A DNA stretch of 64,000 nucleotides from Halarcobacter sp. Lineage in GTDB: Bacteria; Campylobacterota; Campylobacteria; Campylobacterales; Arcobacteraceae. The notes below the pieces were generated by a model. That model was given only the letters and a program-made list of their open reading frames with translations, made no database searches and was not told the DNA's origin. Made by a program: the position numbers and the translations under genes. The stretch is from positions 1,792,001-1,856,000 of the forward strand of contig OY781089.1 of NCBI GenBank assembly GCA_963676565.1, written 5' to 3'. The first letter of the stretch is position 1; the number at the start of each line of letters is the position of its first letter. Positions 1 through 8,471 of this stretch are shown here, piece by piece.

Positions 1-755
1 TTGATGAATATTTGTCTTTTAATAGTGAATCAGATTTAGAAAAAATTGGCTTAGATTTAAAAGATTTTATTGATATTAGTTTTGAAAATGATTTTCATAA
101 TATTGGAAAAGCATATAATAGATTTATTGCCCTAACAAATTCTCCTTCTTTTAAAGCAGGTAAAAAAAATAAAAGATTAAACACTAATTTAGATTTTAAA
201 AATATTTGTGAAGATAGCAAATATACATTTAATGTTGATTCAAATGAGGAATCAAAGGAAGCTTATGGCTGGGCAAAAAATGTTAAATATGCAAATAATT
301 TTTATGAAACGGGACCACTTGCAAGAGCTGTAATAAATGAAAGAAAATTTATCTCTAAGTTAAATAAAAAATTTGATGATTCTGTTTTAACAAGGGTACT
401 AGCTAGAATGGATGAGTTTGCATACTTAATACAAGAAACAAAAAAATTAATAAAACAAATTGATATATCTGAACAAAGTTTTATTAAACCAAAATTCACA
501 TTTAACATGGTAGATGAAGTAATAGGTGTATCCTCTGTTGAAGCAACAAGAGGCTCTTTATATCATGAAGTAAAAATTAAATATGGAAAAATTGATTCAT
601 ATAATGTAATTACTCCAACTGTATGGAATTTAGGTCCTGGAGATAAAGATAATTATTCAATTGCACAAAAAGCAATTATAGGAAATGATTCAATTGAAAA
701 AGCAAAAATTATATTAAGAAGTTTTGATGTGTGTTCTGTATGCACAACTCATTAA
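1..755 (+). CDS. [NiFe]-hydrogenase large subunit, cytosolic group 2d/HupV-like, 5'-truncated by the window edge
   Basis: Frame open from the window edge; ETGPLAR, EATRGSLYH, VITPTVWN and terminal SFDVCSVCTTH-stop (L2 motif with no cleavable C-terminal extension). Confidence 0.85.
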   Translation, partial: DEYLSFNSESDLEKIGLDLKDFIDISFENDFHNIGKAYNRFIALTNSPSFKAGKKNKRLNTNLDFKNICEDSKYTFNVDSNEESKEAYGWAKNVKYANNFYETGPLARAVINERKFISKLNKKFDDSVLTRVLARMDEFAYLIQETKKLIKQIDISEQSFIKPKFTFNMVDEVIGVSSVEATRGSLYHEVKIKYGKIDSYNVITPTVWNLGPGDKDNYSIAQKAIIGNDSIEKAKIILRSFDVCSVCTTH

Positions 756-914
756 TTAAAAATTGTGTTAATAGGTAACACTTTAAATATAAAATTAAAC
801 TTAAAAAGTAACTCTTAAAATTATCATAGAAAATAGACAAAATTAGTCTTATTTTCTCCTAACTCCAACAAAAACGACACTTTTGTGTCACAAATCCCTT
901 TTTTCGGCAACTTT

Positions 915-926
915 ATGAATATTCAT
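915..926. promoter_or_regulatory. Palindromic operator ATGAATATTCAT (TetR-like)
   Basis: Perfect 12-bp palindrome, repeated at 990-1009 and approximately at 7201-7216. Confidence 0.55.
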
Positions 927-989
927 TCAATTTTTTTAGTTTAAAAAATTAAGTTTCAGCTAAGTCTAAACGCGTTAATTTACAATTAA

Positions 990-1009
990 TTAAATGAATA
1001 TTCATTTAA
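990..1009. promoter_or_regulatory. 20-bp perfect palindrome TTAAATGAATATTCATTTAA, probable repressor operator for hyd operon 1
   Basis: Perfect inverted repeat 28 nt upstream of the hydA start, just after a TACAAT -10-like box (981-986). Confidence 0.65.
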
Positions 1010-1037
1010 ATAAGACTTTTGGACTAAGGAGCGGTAT

Positions 1038-2282
1038 ATGGTTGATTCTCATGATATGGTAAAAAAAGTTTTTACCACCAATTCTTCAAGAATTGATACA
1101 AATAAAGGTGATGCATACTATAACAATTTGTTTGAACAGGCAAAGGCAAGGTTAAGCGCATTAAAAAAACAACCACCACTAAAAGATGTTGATATTATTG
1201 ACGTTGTAGAGAGTGAAGGTGTAGATAGAAGAGATTTCATGAAGTGGGCAAGTGCAACAACAGCAACACTTATGTTACCTCCTATGTTTACTCCACTTGT
1301 TGCAGAAGCTACAGAGCTTATGAATAGAGTTCCTGTTATTTGGATTGAGTTACAAGATTGTGCAGGAAATTCAGAAGCAATTTTAAGGTCTGCAACTCCA
1401 ACTGTTGATGATCTAATTTTCGATGTTTTATCTTTAGAATATCATCATACACTTCAAGCAGCATCTGGTCATCAAGCAGAAGCTCAACTTGAAGATGCAG
1501 TTCATCATTTTAAAGGAAAATATTTACTTTTTGTTGAAGGTGCTATTCCTACAGCAATGAATGGTGGTTATGGAACAATTGGACCTAGTGGTGAAACTTA
1601 TATTGATAACTTAAAAAGATTATCAAATGACGCAGCAGCAGTTGTAGCAGTTGGTACATGTGCAACATTTGGTGGAATCCCTGCAGCTGCTCCAAATCCA
1701 ACAGGTGCAGTTGGTGTTATGGATATTGTAAAGGGTAAACCTATTATAAATATTCCAGCATGTCCAGCTAATCCAGCAAATATGGTTGGGGTTGTATTAC
1801 ACTATGTTTTAACAGGACAAATTCCTGAGTTAGACTCACTACTTAGACCAAAATTTGCATTTGGTTATAGAATCCATGATAACTGTGAAAGAAGAGCACA
1901 CTTTGATGCTGGTGAATTTGTTGAAGAGTGGGGAGATGTTGGAGCACAAAACAACTTCTGTTTATATAAAATGGGTTGTAAAGGTCCTATGACTTTTAAC
2001 AACTGTTCAATTATTAGATATAACGAAGGTGCAAACTGGCCTATTGGAGTTGGTCGAGGATGTATTGGATGTTCAGAACCTGATTTTTGGGATAAATATG
2101 CTTATGAAAGACCAATGGCTGGAGCTAATATTAAAGCACCAACTGGTGGAGTAGAAAAAACTGTAGATGAGTTTGGTCTTGGATTATTAACAGCAACGGC
2201 AATTGGTATTGGTGTACATGCAGTTACAAGTGCAGCAATTGGAAAAAAATCAGAACATAAACATAGTGAAGATGGAGAATAA
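1038..2282 (+). CDS. hydA: Membrane-bound [NiFe] uptake hydrogenase small subunit (group 1b), copy 1
   Basis: AAGGAG SD; Tat motif RRDFMK; DCAGNS, GTCATFGG, CPANP, IHDNCERR, CLYKMGCKGP, CIGCSEP; C-terminal membrane anchor. Confidence 0.95.
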   Translation: MVDSHDMVKKVFTTNSSRIDTNKGDAYYNNLFEQAKARLSALKKQPPLKDVDIIDVVESEGVDRRDFMKWASATTATLMLPPMFTPLVAEATELMNRVPVIWIELQDCAGNSEAILRSATPTVDDLIFDVLSLEYHHTLQAASGHQAEAQLEDAVHHFKGKYLLFVEGAIPTAMNGGYGTIGPSGETYIDNLKRLSNDAAAVVAVGTCATFGGIPAAAPNPTGAVGVMDIVKGKPIINIPACPANPANMVGVVLHYVLTGQIPELDSLLRPKFAFGYRIHDNCERRAHFDAGEFVEEWGDVGAQNNFCLYKMGCKGPMTFNNCSIIRYNEGANWPIGVGRGCIGCSEPDFWDKYAYERPMAGANIKAPTGGVEKTVDEFGLGLLTATAIGIGVHAVTSAAIGKKSEHKHSEDGE

Positions 2283-2284
2283 GA

Positions 2285-4021
2285 ATGAGTAAACATGTAG
2301 TAATTGACCCAATAACAAGAATTGAGGGACACTTAAGAATAGAAGCAGTGATTGATGAGAATAATGTAATCACTGAGGCTTTCAGTTCTTCAACTATGTT
2401 TAGAGGTATTGAAACAATCTTACAAGGTAGAGATCCAAGAGACTGTGGTCTTTTAGCTATGAGAATCTGTGGTGTTTGTACAGGTACTCACTATCAAAGA
2501 TCAATTGAGGCTGTTGAACATGCATTTGATGTAACAATTCCAAAAAATGCTAGACTTGTTAGAAATCTAATGCAAGGTGCATTATATTTACATGACCACG
2601 TTGTTCACTTCTATCACTTACATGCTTTAGATTTTGTTGATATTACAAAAGCTTTAGAAGCAGATCCAAAGAAAACAGTAGAGGAAGCTCAAAAATGGGC
2701 AAAACTTTCAGGTCAAAGATCTTGGAAAGCAAGTGAAGATACTTTTATTGAAGTTCAAGAAAGAGTTACTAAATATGTAAAACAAGGAAGACTTGGTATT
2801 TTTGGAAACGCTTATTGGGGATCAAAAGCATATAAGCTAACTCCTGAGCAAAATCTAATTGGTTTATATCACTATTTAGAAGCACTTGAGCTACAAAGAA
2901 GAATAGCGAAGGCTCAAGCAATTTTTGGTGGTAAAAACCCACATCCACAATCGATTGTTGTTGGTGGTGTAACTTGTGTTCAAGATTTAAAAAATCCTGC
3001 TAGAATTGCTGAATTTAAAGATATTATTCAATTAGCACAAAAATTTATTAAAGAAGCTTATCTTCCAGATATTTATATGGCTGGGACTATGTATGCAGAT
3101 GAAGCATTAGCTGGAATTGGTGGAGGTTTAGGAAACTTCATGTCTTATGGTGACTTTAGATTAGATGATTTACCATTCTATGAATCTTCTAAATTATTCC
3201 CAAGTGGAATAGTAATGAACAAAGATTTATCTAAAGTTTATGAATTAGATCAAACTAAAATCACAGAAGATGTAACACATGCTTGGTATGAAGGTAATAC
3301 AAACCTACACCCTTATGATGGTGTTACTCATCCAAAATATACTGGTTTTGCTAAAAAAGAAAATAATATTGCCTACTTAGATACAGAAGGTAAATATTCT
3401 TGGATTAAATCACCATTATATGATGATGAAAGAATGGAAGTAGGTCCATTGGCAAGAATGGTTGTAGGAGTTGCAAAAGGTGATGAGAGAATTACCAAGT
3501 ATGTTACAACATTCTTAAAAAATGGAAACTTACCAACAAAAGTTTTATTCTCAACAATTGGTAGAACAGCGGCAAGAGCTATTGAATCTGAAATGATGGC
3601 TGATGAGATTATAAAATGGTGTGATGAACTTGCAGTTAATGTTGCTTCAGGAGACTTATCTACATGGACTGAGTTTGATTTTGATAAAGTTTCTAAAGAT
3701 ACTCAAGGTTTTGGTATGGCAGAAGCTCCAAGAGGTGGTTTAGGTCACTGGGTAAAAATTAAAGATGGAAAAGTAGAAAACTATCAAGCTGTTGTTCCAT
3801 CTACTTGGAATGCAGCACCAAAAGATTATAAAGGTAGACTTGGAGCATATGAGGCATCTTTAATAGGTACTCCTGTAGTTAATCCAGATGAGCCATTAGA
3901 GATTATTAGAACAGTTCATAGTTTTGACCCTTGTATTGCATGTGCAGTTCACATTGTAGATACAAATGGTAAAGAATTAGCAGTTTATAAAGTAGATCCA
4001 ATAGGAGGAAGCTGTGCCTAA
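2285..4021 (+). CDS. hydB: [NiFe] hydrogenase large subunit, copy 1
   Basis: DPITRIEGH, RICGVC, DPCIACAVH followed by a cleavable tail. Confidence 0.97.
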   Translation: MSKHVVIDPITRIEGHLRIEAVIDENNVITEAFSSSTMFRGIETILQGRDPRDCGLLAMRICGVCTGTHYQRSIEAVEHAFDVTIPKNARLVRNLMQGALYLHDHVVHFYHLHALDFVDITKALEADPKKTVEEAQKWAKLSGQRSWKASEDTFIEVQERVTKYVKQGRLGIFGNAYWGSKAYKLTPEQNLIGLYHYLEALELQRRIAKAQAIFGGKNPHPQSIVVGGVTCVQDLKNPARIAEFKDIIQLAQKFIKEAYLPDIYMAGTMYADEALAGIGGGLGNFMSYGDFRLDDLPFYESSKLFPSGIVMNKDLSKVYELDQTKITEDVTHAWYEGNTNLHPYDGVTHPKYTGFAKKENNIAYLDTEGKYSWIKSPLYDDERMEVGPLARMVVGVAKGDERITKYVTTFLKNGNLPTKVLFSTIGRTAARAIESEMMADEIIKWCDELAVNVASGDLSTWTEFDFDKVSKDTQGFGMAEAPRGGLGHWVKIKDGKVENYQAVVPSTWNAAPKDYKGRLGAYEASLIGTPVVNPDEPLEIIRTVHSFDPCIACAVHIVDTNGKELAVYKVDPIGGSCA

Positions 4022-4727
4022 AATGAAACGGGTTATGAGAATGACTCCAATGATGCGAACCATTCACTGGGTGAATGCGATTTGCATGGTTGTTGCAGTC
4101 ATAACCGGTCTTTACATAGGATATCCATACTATCAAACATTAATTGCTGATCCAGCAGTTGACAAATATGTGATGGCGTGGAATAGATGGGGGCATTTTA
4201 TTGCAGCAATTATTTTTGATGTTTCTGCAATTTTAATTGGTTATTTATATCTTTTTTCAAGATTTGAAAAACCATATAAAAAGATTTTGCCAACTAAGAA
4301 AAATTTTATTGAGTTTTGTGAAGTATTTTTTAACCTACTTACTTTTAATAGAAGAAAAAAGTTTGATTCAACATATAGTGATTCTTATAACATTATGTTT
4401 TTTACACTTTTTCATATTCTATTGGTATTTATGTTATTAACGGGACTTCAATTATATGTTCATGGTTTAGCATCTGGACATAGTTCTATTGGAGCTTGGT
4501 GGCCATGGCTGTTACATTTTATGACAGATTGGACATTAGATGTATTTGGTGGGAATATGGGTGTTAGAATTGCACACCATACAGCTATGTATTTGATTTT
4601 AATGTGGGTAATGTCTCATATATATTATCAAATATGGAGAACTATCTTCTGGAGAGAAGGTGATATTAATATCGTATTTGGTGGTTATAAATTTGCAAAT
4701 AAATCATCAAAAGGTGAAGATAAGTAG
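4014..4727 (+). CDS. hydC: Hydrogenase b-type cytochrome subunit, copy 1
   Basis: GTG start after AGGAGG; RTIHW, four hydrophobic helices with His heme ligands; follows hydB. Confidence 0.9.
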   Translation: MPKMKRVMRMTPMMRTIHWVNAICMVVAVITGLYIGYPYYQTLIADPAVDKYVMAWNRWGHFIAAIIFDVSAILIGYLYLFSRFEKPYKKILPTKKNFIEFCEVFFNLLTFNRRKKFDSTYSDSYNIMFFTLFHILLVFMLLTGLQLYVHGLASGHSSIGAWWPWLLHFMTDWTLDVFGGNMGVRIAHHTAMYLILMWVMSHIYYQIWRTIFWREGDINIVFGGYKFANKSSKGEDK

Positions 4728-4749
4728 TAAGTTTATACAAAATTGACAC

Positions 4750-4785
4750 AATAGGCTGTAGTTTTAGCTACAGCCTATTTTTTTT
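4750..4785 (+). terminator. Intrinsic terminator after hydC
   Basis: AATAGGCTGTAG/CTACAGCCTATT stem followed by a T-run. Confidence 0.85.
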
Positions 4786-4827
4786 CTTATAATATAAGAA
4801 TATGAGAATTTAAAGCTAGGAAAATTG

Positions 4828-5403
4828 ATGAGAAATATTGTAATTGGTGTTGGAAATGTACTATTTAAAGATGAAGGTGTAGGTATTTTTGCATCTAAAT
4901 ATTTAGAAAAAAACTATGACTTTGAAGGTGATTTAGAAATTATTGAGGGTGGGACTTTAGGTTTTAAACTTATGACATATTTCCAAGAATATGATAATGT
5001 AATCATTTTAGATACAGTTTCAATTGAGGATAAGCCAGGTGAGATTTTTAGATTACCATCTGACGTATTACTTGGACTTGGACAATATAGAAAAACAGCC
5101 CATGAAGTTGAGATTATTGAGATGCTTGAGATAGTATCTGTTTTAGATAGCCATGCAGAGGTAACTATTTTAGGAATAGTTCCAGAAGATATAGTAAGTG
5201 TAGAAATTGGACTTACTAAAAAAATTGAAGATAGATTTGAAGAGTTTATTTTACAAACTATAAAAGAACTTGATAGTATAGGTGTAAAAGCAGTTAAAAA
5301 AGATAATAAAAGTGTAAAAGATATAGGACTTCAATTAATTGGAAGTTATAATGGGGAGCATTTAAATAGAATCCCAAATGAGGAAGATACAACATGGAGT
5401 TAA
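4828..5403 (+). CDS. hydD: Hydrogenase maturation endopeptidase, copy 1
   Basis: GVGNVLFKDEGVG, EGGT, TAHE motifs of the HyaD/HybD family. Confidence 0.92.
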   Translation: MRNIVIGVGNVLFKDEGVGIFASKYLEKNYDFEGDLEIIEGGTLGFKLMTYFQEYDNVIILDTVSIEDKPGEIFRLPSDVLLGLGQYRKTAHEVEIIEMLEIVSVLDSHAEVTILGIVPEDIVSVEIGLTKKIEDRFEEFILQTIKELDSIGVKAVKKDNKSVKDIGLQLIGSYNGEHLNRIPNEEDTTWS

Positions 5404-6929
5404 TTTATAAGATAAATTTCAATAGTACAAATTTTTATTTTAAAGATATAATTGATTGTTTAATAAAAGAATCTCAAGTTTTGGCACAAACAAAAATGTA
5501 TAAAGGCTTTATTCTTATTATTTGTAATGATACACAAGAAAATATAGAAGTATTTTTCAAAATCTTAGAGCAGAAACTTCCTTTATCAATCTTTTTAGAA
5601 AGTGCAGAAGTTATTGAGTCTTTTAATTATAATGATTATGAAGAATTGGAAGATAAAGATGTTAAAATTAATCTTTCTTTATTAACTAATGATGAGATTA
5701 AAACTATTATAACTGAAAATAATATAGATTTTACAAACGATATAGAAAAGATAAAAGATGGTGGAGTATCTAGGTTTGAAACCCACAATGGGTTAAAAGA
5801 TATCTTTTTACCTTCTGTTGAAAATAGAGAATTTTTTGAAAAAAAAGGTAAAGAGGTTAAACTTTTAATTACAGATATAAATTCACTTACAAACTTAGTT
5901 GAAATCTCACAAAAAGATTTACAACTTCTTTGCTCAATTGAAAGACCTTTAATTAAGTTAAAGTTTAAACTTTTACAAAATTCAAAGGGTGAATATTCAA
6001 GTACTAGATTTATACATGCAAAAATCCCAGATGATAAAGAAACACTACTATTTGCTGATGCATTAAAAAAACATGGAATCAATGCTGTTTTATATGTAAA
6101 TGATGATGTTTATCAAGATGGACTAAAGTTAAGTTATAATGAAAAACAAAATATTATAACTCATGGGGAAAAAGGGATTTTTCCAAAGTATGATTATCAA
6201 TTAAATAGACAGGTTAATTCTTCTGCAGATTTTTTTGAAGAGTATGGTTCTGTATTTAAAGCTTCAATTGCACAATTAAATAAAAGAGTAGTACCAACTA
6301 TTGGTATTTATTTTTCATATGAAAGTGATGAATCAGCAATTAAAATAAATGTTCCTACAGTTGGAGAGAAAGATGTGATTCTTATTCCAAATGTGGTAAA
6401 TAATGTAGAAAATTGTTTAGAAGATATTGCATCAATAGATGAACATTGTGAGAGGTTGATTTCTAATTATAAAGATAAATTTCCACAATATTTTGAAAAA
6501 GAGTTTATAAATAAAGATGTGGATGGTTTTGAATCAATTCTAAATTTATTAGCTTATATGTTAGGCATGAGAAATAGAAAACAGTTTGAAGATACAGCTT
6601 TAATGTTTGGTGGTAAAAGTGGTCTACAAGTTGATATGAAAATTATGCAAATTGATGGGAAAAACTACTTAGACTATAGAAGAGTTATCCAAAGTATAAT
6701 GAGTTATAAAATGGCAGACGTAGATGAAACTATGTTAGCATATTCATTTTATGAATCTTTGGTAGACTTTATAGAAGAAAATATATCAAAAATATCTGAA
6801 GAGATTAAGGCAAAAGATTTAATCCTTTGTGGAAACATGTTCTCTAACTCAATACTACTATCTAAATTAGATAAAAAACTAAGTAATATCAATATTCTTA
6901 TCCCTAAAGAATATCCAATAGACTTATAA
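5394..6929 (+). CDS. hydE: HydE-like hydrogenase accessory protein (degenerate HypF-like), copy 1
   Basis: Position after hydD; LLCSIERP, QSIMSYKMA, LILCGNMF resemble Campylobacterota HydE and the HypF C-terminus. Confidence 0.7.
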   Translation: MELIYKINFNSTNFYFKDIIDCLIKESQVLAQTKMYKGFILIICNDTQENIEVFFKILEQKLPLSIFLESAEVIESFNYNDYEELEDKDVKINLSLLTNDEIKTIITENNIDFTNDIEKIKDGGVSRFETHNGLKDIFLPSVENREFFEKKGKEVKLLITDINSLTNLVEISQKDLQLLCSIERPLIKLKFKLLQNSKGEYSSTRFIHAKIPDDKETLLFADALKKHGINAVLYVNDDVYQDGLKLSYNEKQNIITHGEKGIFPKYDYQLNRQVNSSADFFEEYGSVFKASIAQLNKRVVPTIGIYFSYESDESAIKINVPTVGEKDVILIPNVVNNVENCLEDIASIDEHCERLISNYKDKFPQYFEKEFINKDVDGFESILNLLAYMLGMRNRKQFEDTALMFGGKSGLQVDMKIMQIDGKNYLDYRRVIQSIMSYKMADVDETMLAYSFYESLVDFIEENISKISEEIKAKDLILCGNMFSNSILLSKLDKKLSNINILIPKEYPIDL

Positions 6930-6959
6930 TAAAAATATAATCAAAAGTAAACTTAACAC

Positions 6960-7001
6960 AAAAGAGAATTATTAGTTTATCTAATAATTCTCTTTTTTTT
7001 T
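6960..7001 (+). terminator. Intrinsic terminator after hydE
   Basis: AAAAGAGAATTATTAG/CTAATAATTCTCTTTT stem plus T-run. Confidence 0.85.
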
Positions 7002-7025
7002 AAATCCATATAATAAATTATAATT

Positions 7026-7052
7026 ATGTAAATTTTATGTAAAAAAAATGTA
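7026..7052 (-). promoter_or_regulatory. OmpR-type direct-repeat box, 11-bp period
   Basis: ATGTAAA at 7026 and 7037, ATGTA at 7048; same motif as in the menK-psrA intergenic region. Confidence 0.45.
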
Positions 7053-7200
7053 TTGAATGTTTGTCTACATGGGCATTTGTGACATTAATATGACATTTAT
7101 AAAAGAGAAAAGAATTATAATTTCAAATAAATTTAATAAAAAGATTATAATTTTAGTTAAAGTTAAGTTTAAGTCATGTAAGATTTGTTAAGTTAAACAA

Positions 7201-7216
7201 AAATGAATGTTCATTT
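7201..7216. promoter_or_regulatory. Near-palindrome AAATGAATGTTCATTT, same operator family as 990-1009
   Basis: One mismatch from the hyd1 palindrome core; a weaker copy lies at 7272-7285. Confidence 0.55.
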
Positions 7217-7303
7217 GTTAATAGAATTTGTAAGTTTAATTTAAACTTACTTAAATGATGCTTTTATTATGAATGAATGTTTATTAATCGAAAGGAAAAA
7301 AGA

Positions 7304-8470
7304 GTGAAAGATTTAGGTTTATTTCAACAGCTCTCTCAAAGATTAGAGAAACTTGAAAAATTACCAAAAATGGATGAGTCAAAATCTATCCCTAAGGTAT
7401 TAGAAGAAAAAGGTATCTCAAGAAGAGATTTTATGAAGTGGGCAACTGCTGTTACTGCAATGTTAGCATTACCAGGTAACTTTACTCCACTTGTTGCAAA
7501 AGCTGCTGAGTTAAGTGATAGACTGCCTGTAATTTGGTTACATATGGCAGAGTGTACGGGATGTTCTGAATCATTATTAAGAACAGATGCACCAACTATT
7601 GATTCATTAATTTTTGATTTTATTTCATTACAATATCATGAAACATTAATGGCAAGTGCAGGTTGGCAAGCAGAAGATAATTTAGAACATGCAATCGAAA
7701 AATATAAGGGTAACTATATTTTAATGGTTGAAGGTGGAATTCCACAAGGTCAAAATGATTTTTATTTAACAATTGGTGGAAAAGGTCACACAGGTGAACA
7801 TTCTGCAAAACATGCATCTGAACATGCAAAAGCTATTTTTGCTATTGGTACATGTTCTTCATTTGGTGGTGTTCAAGCTGCAATTCCAAATCCAACAGGA
7901 GCAGTTGCTCTTTCAAAAATCACTGATAAACCAGTGATTAATGTTCCAGGATGTCCTCCAAGTGAGAAAAATATTGTTGGTACATTATTACACTTTATTT
8001 TATTTGGAACACTTCCAGCTTTAGATGCATATAATAGACCAAAATGGGCTTATGGACTTAGAATTCACGACTTATGTGAAAGAAGAGGTCACTTTGATGC
8101 AGGTGAATTTGTAGAAGAATTTGGTGATGAAGGTGCTAAAAAAGGTTACTGTTTATATAAAGTAGGTTGTAAAGGACCTTATACTTTTAATAACTGTGGT
8201 AAAAATAGATTTAACCAACATACTTCTTGGCCAATTCAAGCAGGTCACGGATGTATTGGATGTTCTGAACCAGATTTCTGGGATACTATGGGACCATTTG
8301 AAGAGCCAGTTGCAGATAGATTATATAACACAGTATTTGGTGGTCTTGGAGCAGATGCAACAGCCGATAAGGTTGGAACTGGATTATTAGCTGTAACTGG
8401 TATTGGTATAGCAGCACACGCAGCACTATCAACATTTAGAAAACCAAGAACAGAAGAAGAGGAACATTAA
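7304..8470 (+). CDS. hydA: Membrane-bound [NiFe] hydrogenase small subunit (group 1b), copy 2
   Basis: GTG at 7304 after AAAGGA SD (in frame with ORF 7277); RRDFMK Tat motif, ECTGCSES, CPPS, CKGP, CIGCSEP. Confidence 0.95.
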   Translation: MKDLGLFQQLSQRLEKLEKLPKMDESKSIPKVLEEKGISRRDFMKWATAVTAMLALPGNFTPLVAKAAELSDRLPVIWLHMAECTGCSESLLRTDAPTIDSLIFDFISLQYHETLMASAGWQAEDNLEHAIEKYKGNYILMVEGGIPQGQNDFYLTIGGKGHTGEHSAKHASEHAKAIFAIGTCSSFGGVQAAIPNPTGAVALSKITDKPVINVPGCPPSEKNIVGTLLHFILFGTLPALDAYNRPKWAYGLRIHDLCERRGHFDAGEFVEEFGDEGAKKGYCLYKVGCKGPYTFNNCGKNRFNQHTSWPIQAGHGCIGCSEPDFWDTMGPFEEPVADRLYNTVFGGLGADATADKVGTGLLAVTGIGIAAHAALSTFRKPRTEEEEH

Positions 8471-8471
8471 G

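Noticed and set aside
765..781. GTGTTA-N5-TAACAC inverted repeat after the group 2d gene
   Set aside because: Only 6-bp arms and a single occurrence; cannot tell a weak terminator from an operator or chance.
903..920. Possible sigma54 promoter (CGGCA...) before hydA1
   Set aside because: No GC at the -12 position with correct spacing.
1038..1225. Long N-terminal extension before the Tat motif of HydA
   Set aside because: Extensions before the twin arginines are normal for Campylobacterota HydA.
7277..7303. ORF-track ATG start for hydA2
   Set aside because: No SD and it lies within an operator-like site; GTG 7304 has an AAAGGA SD.
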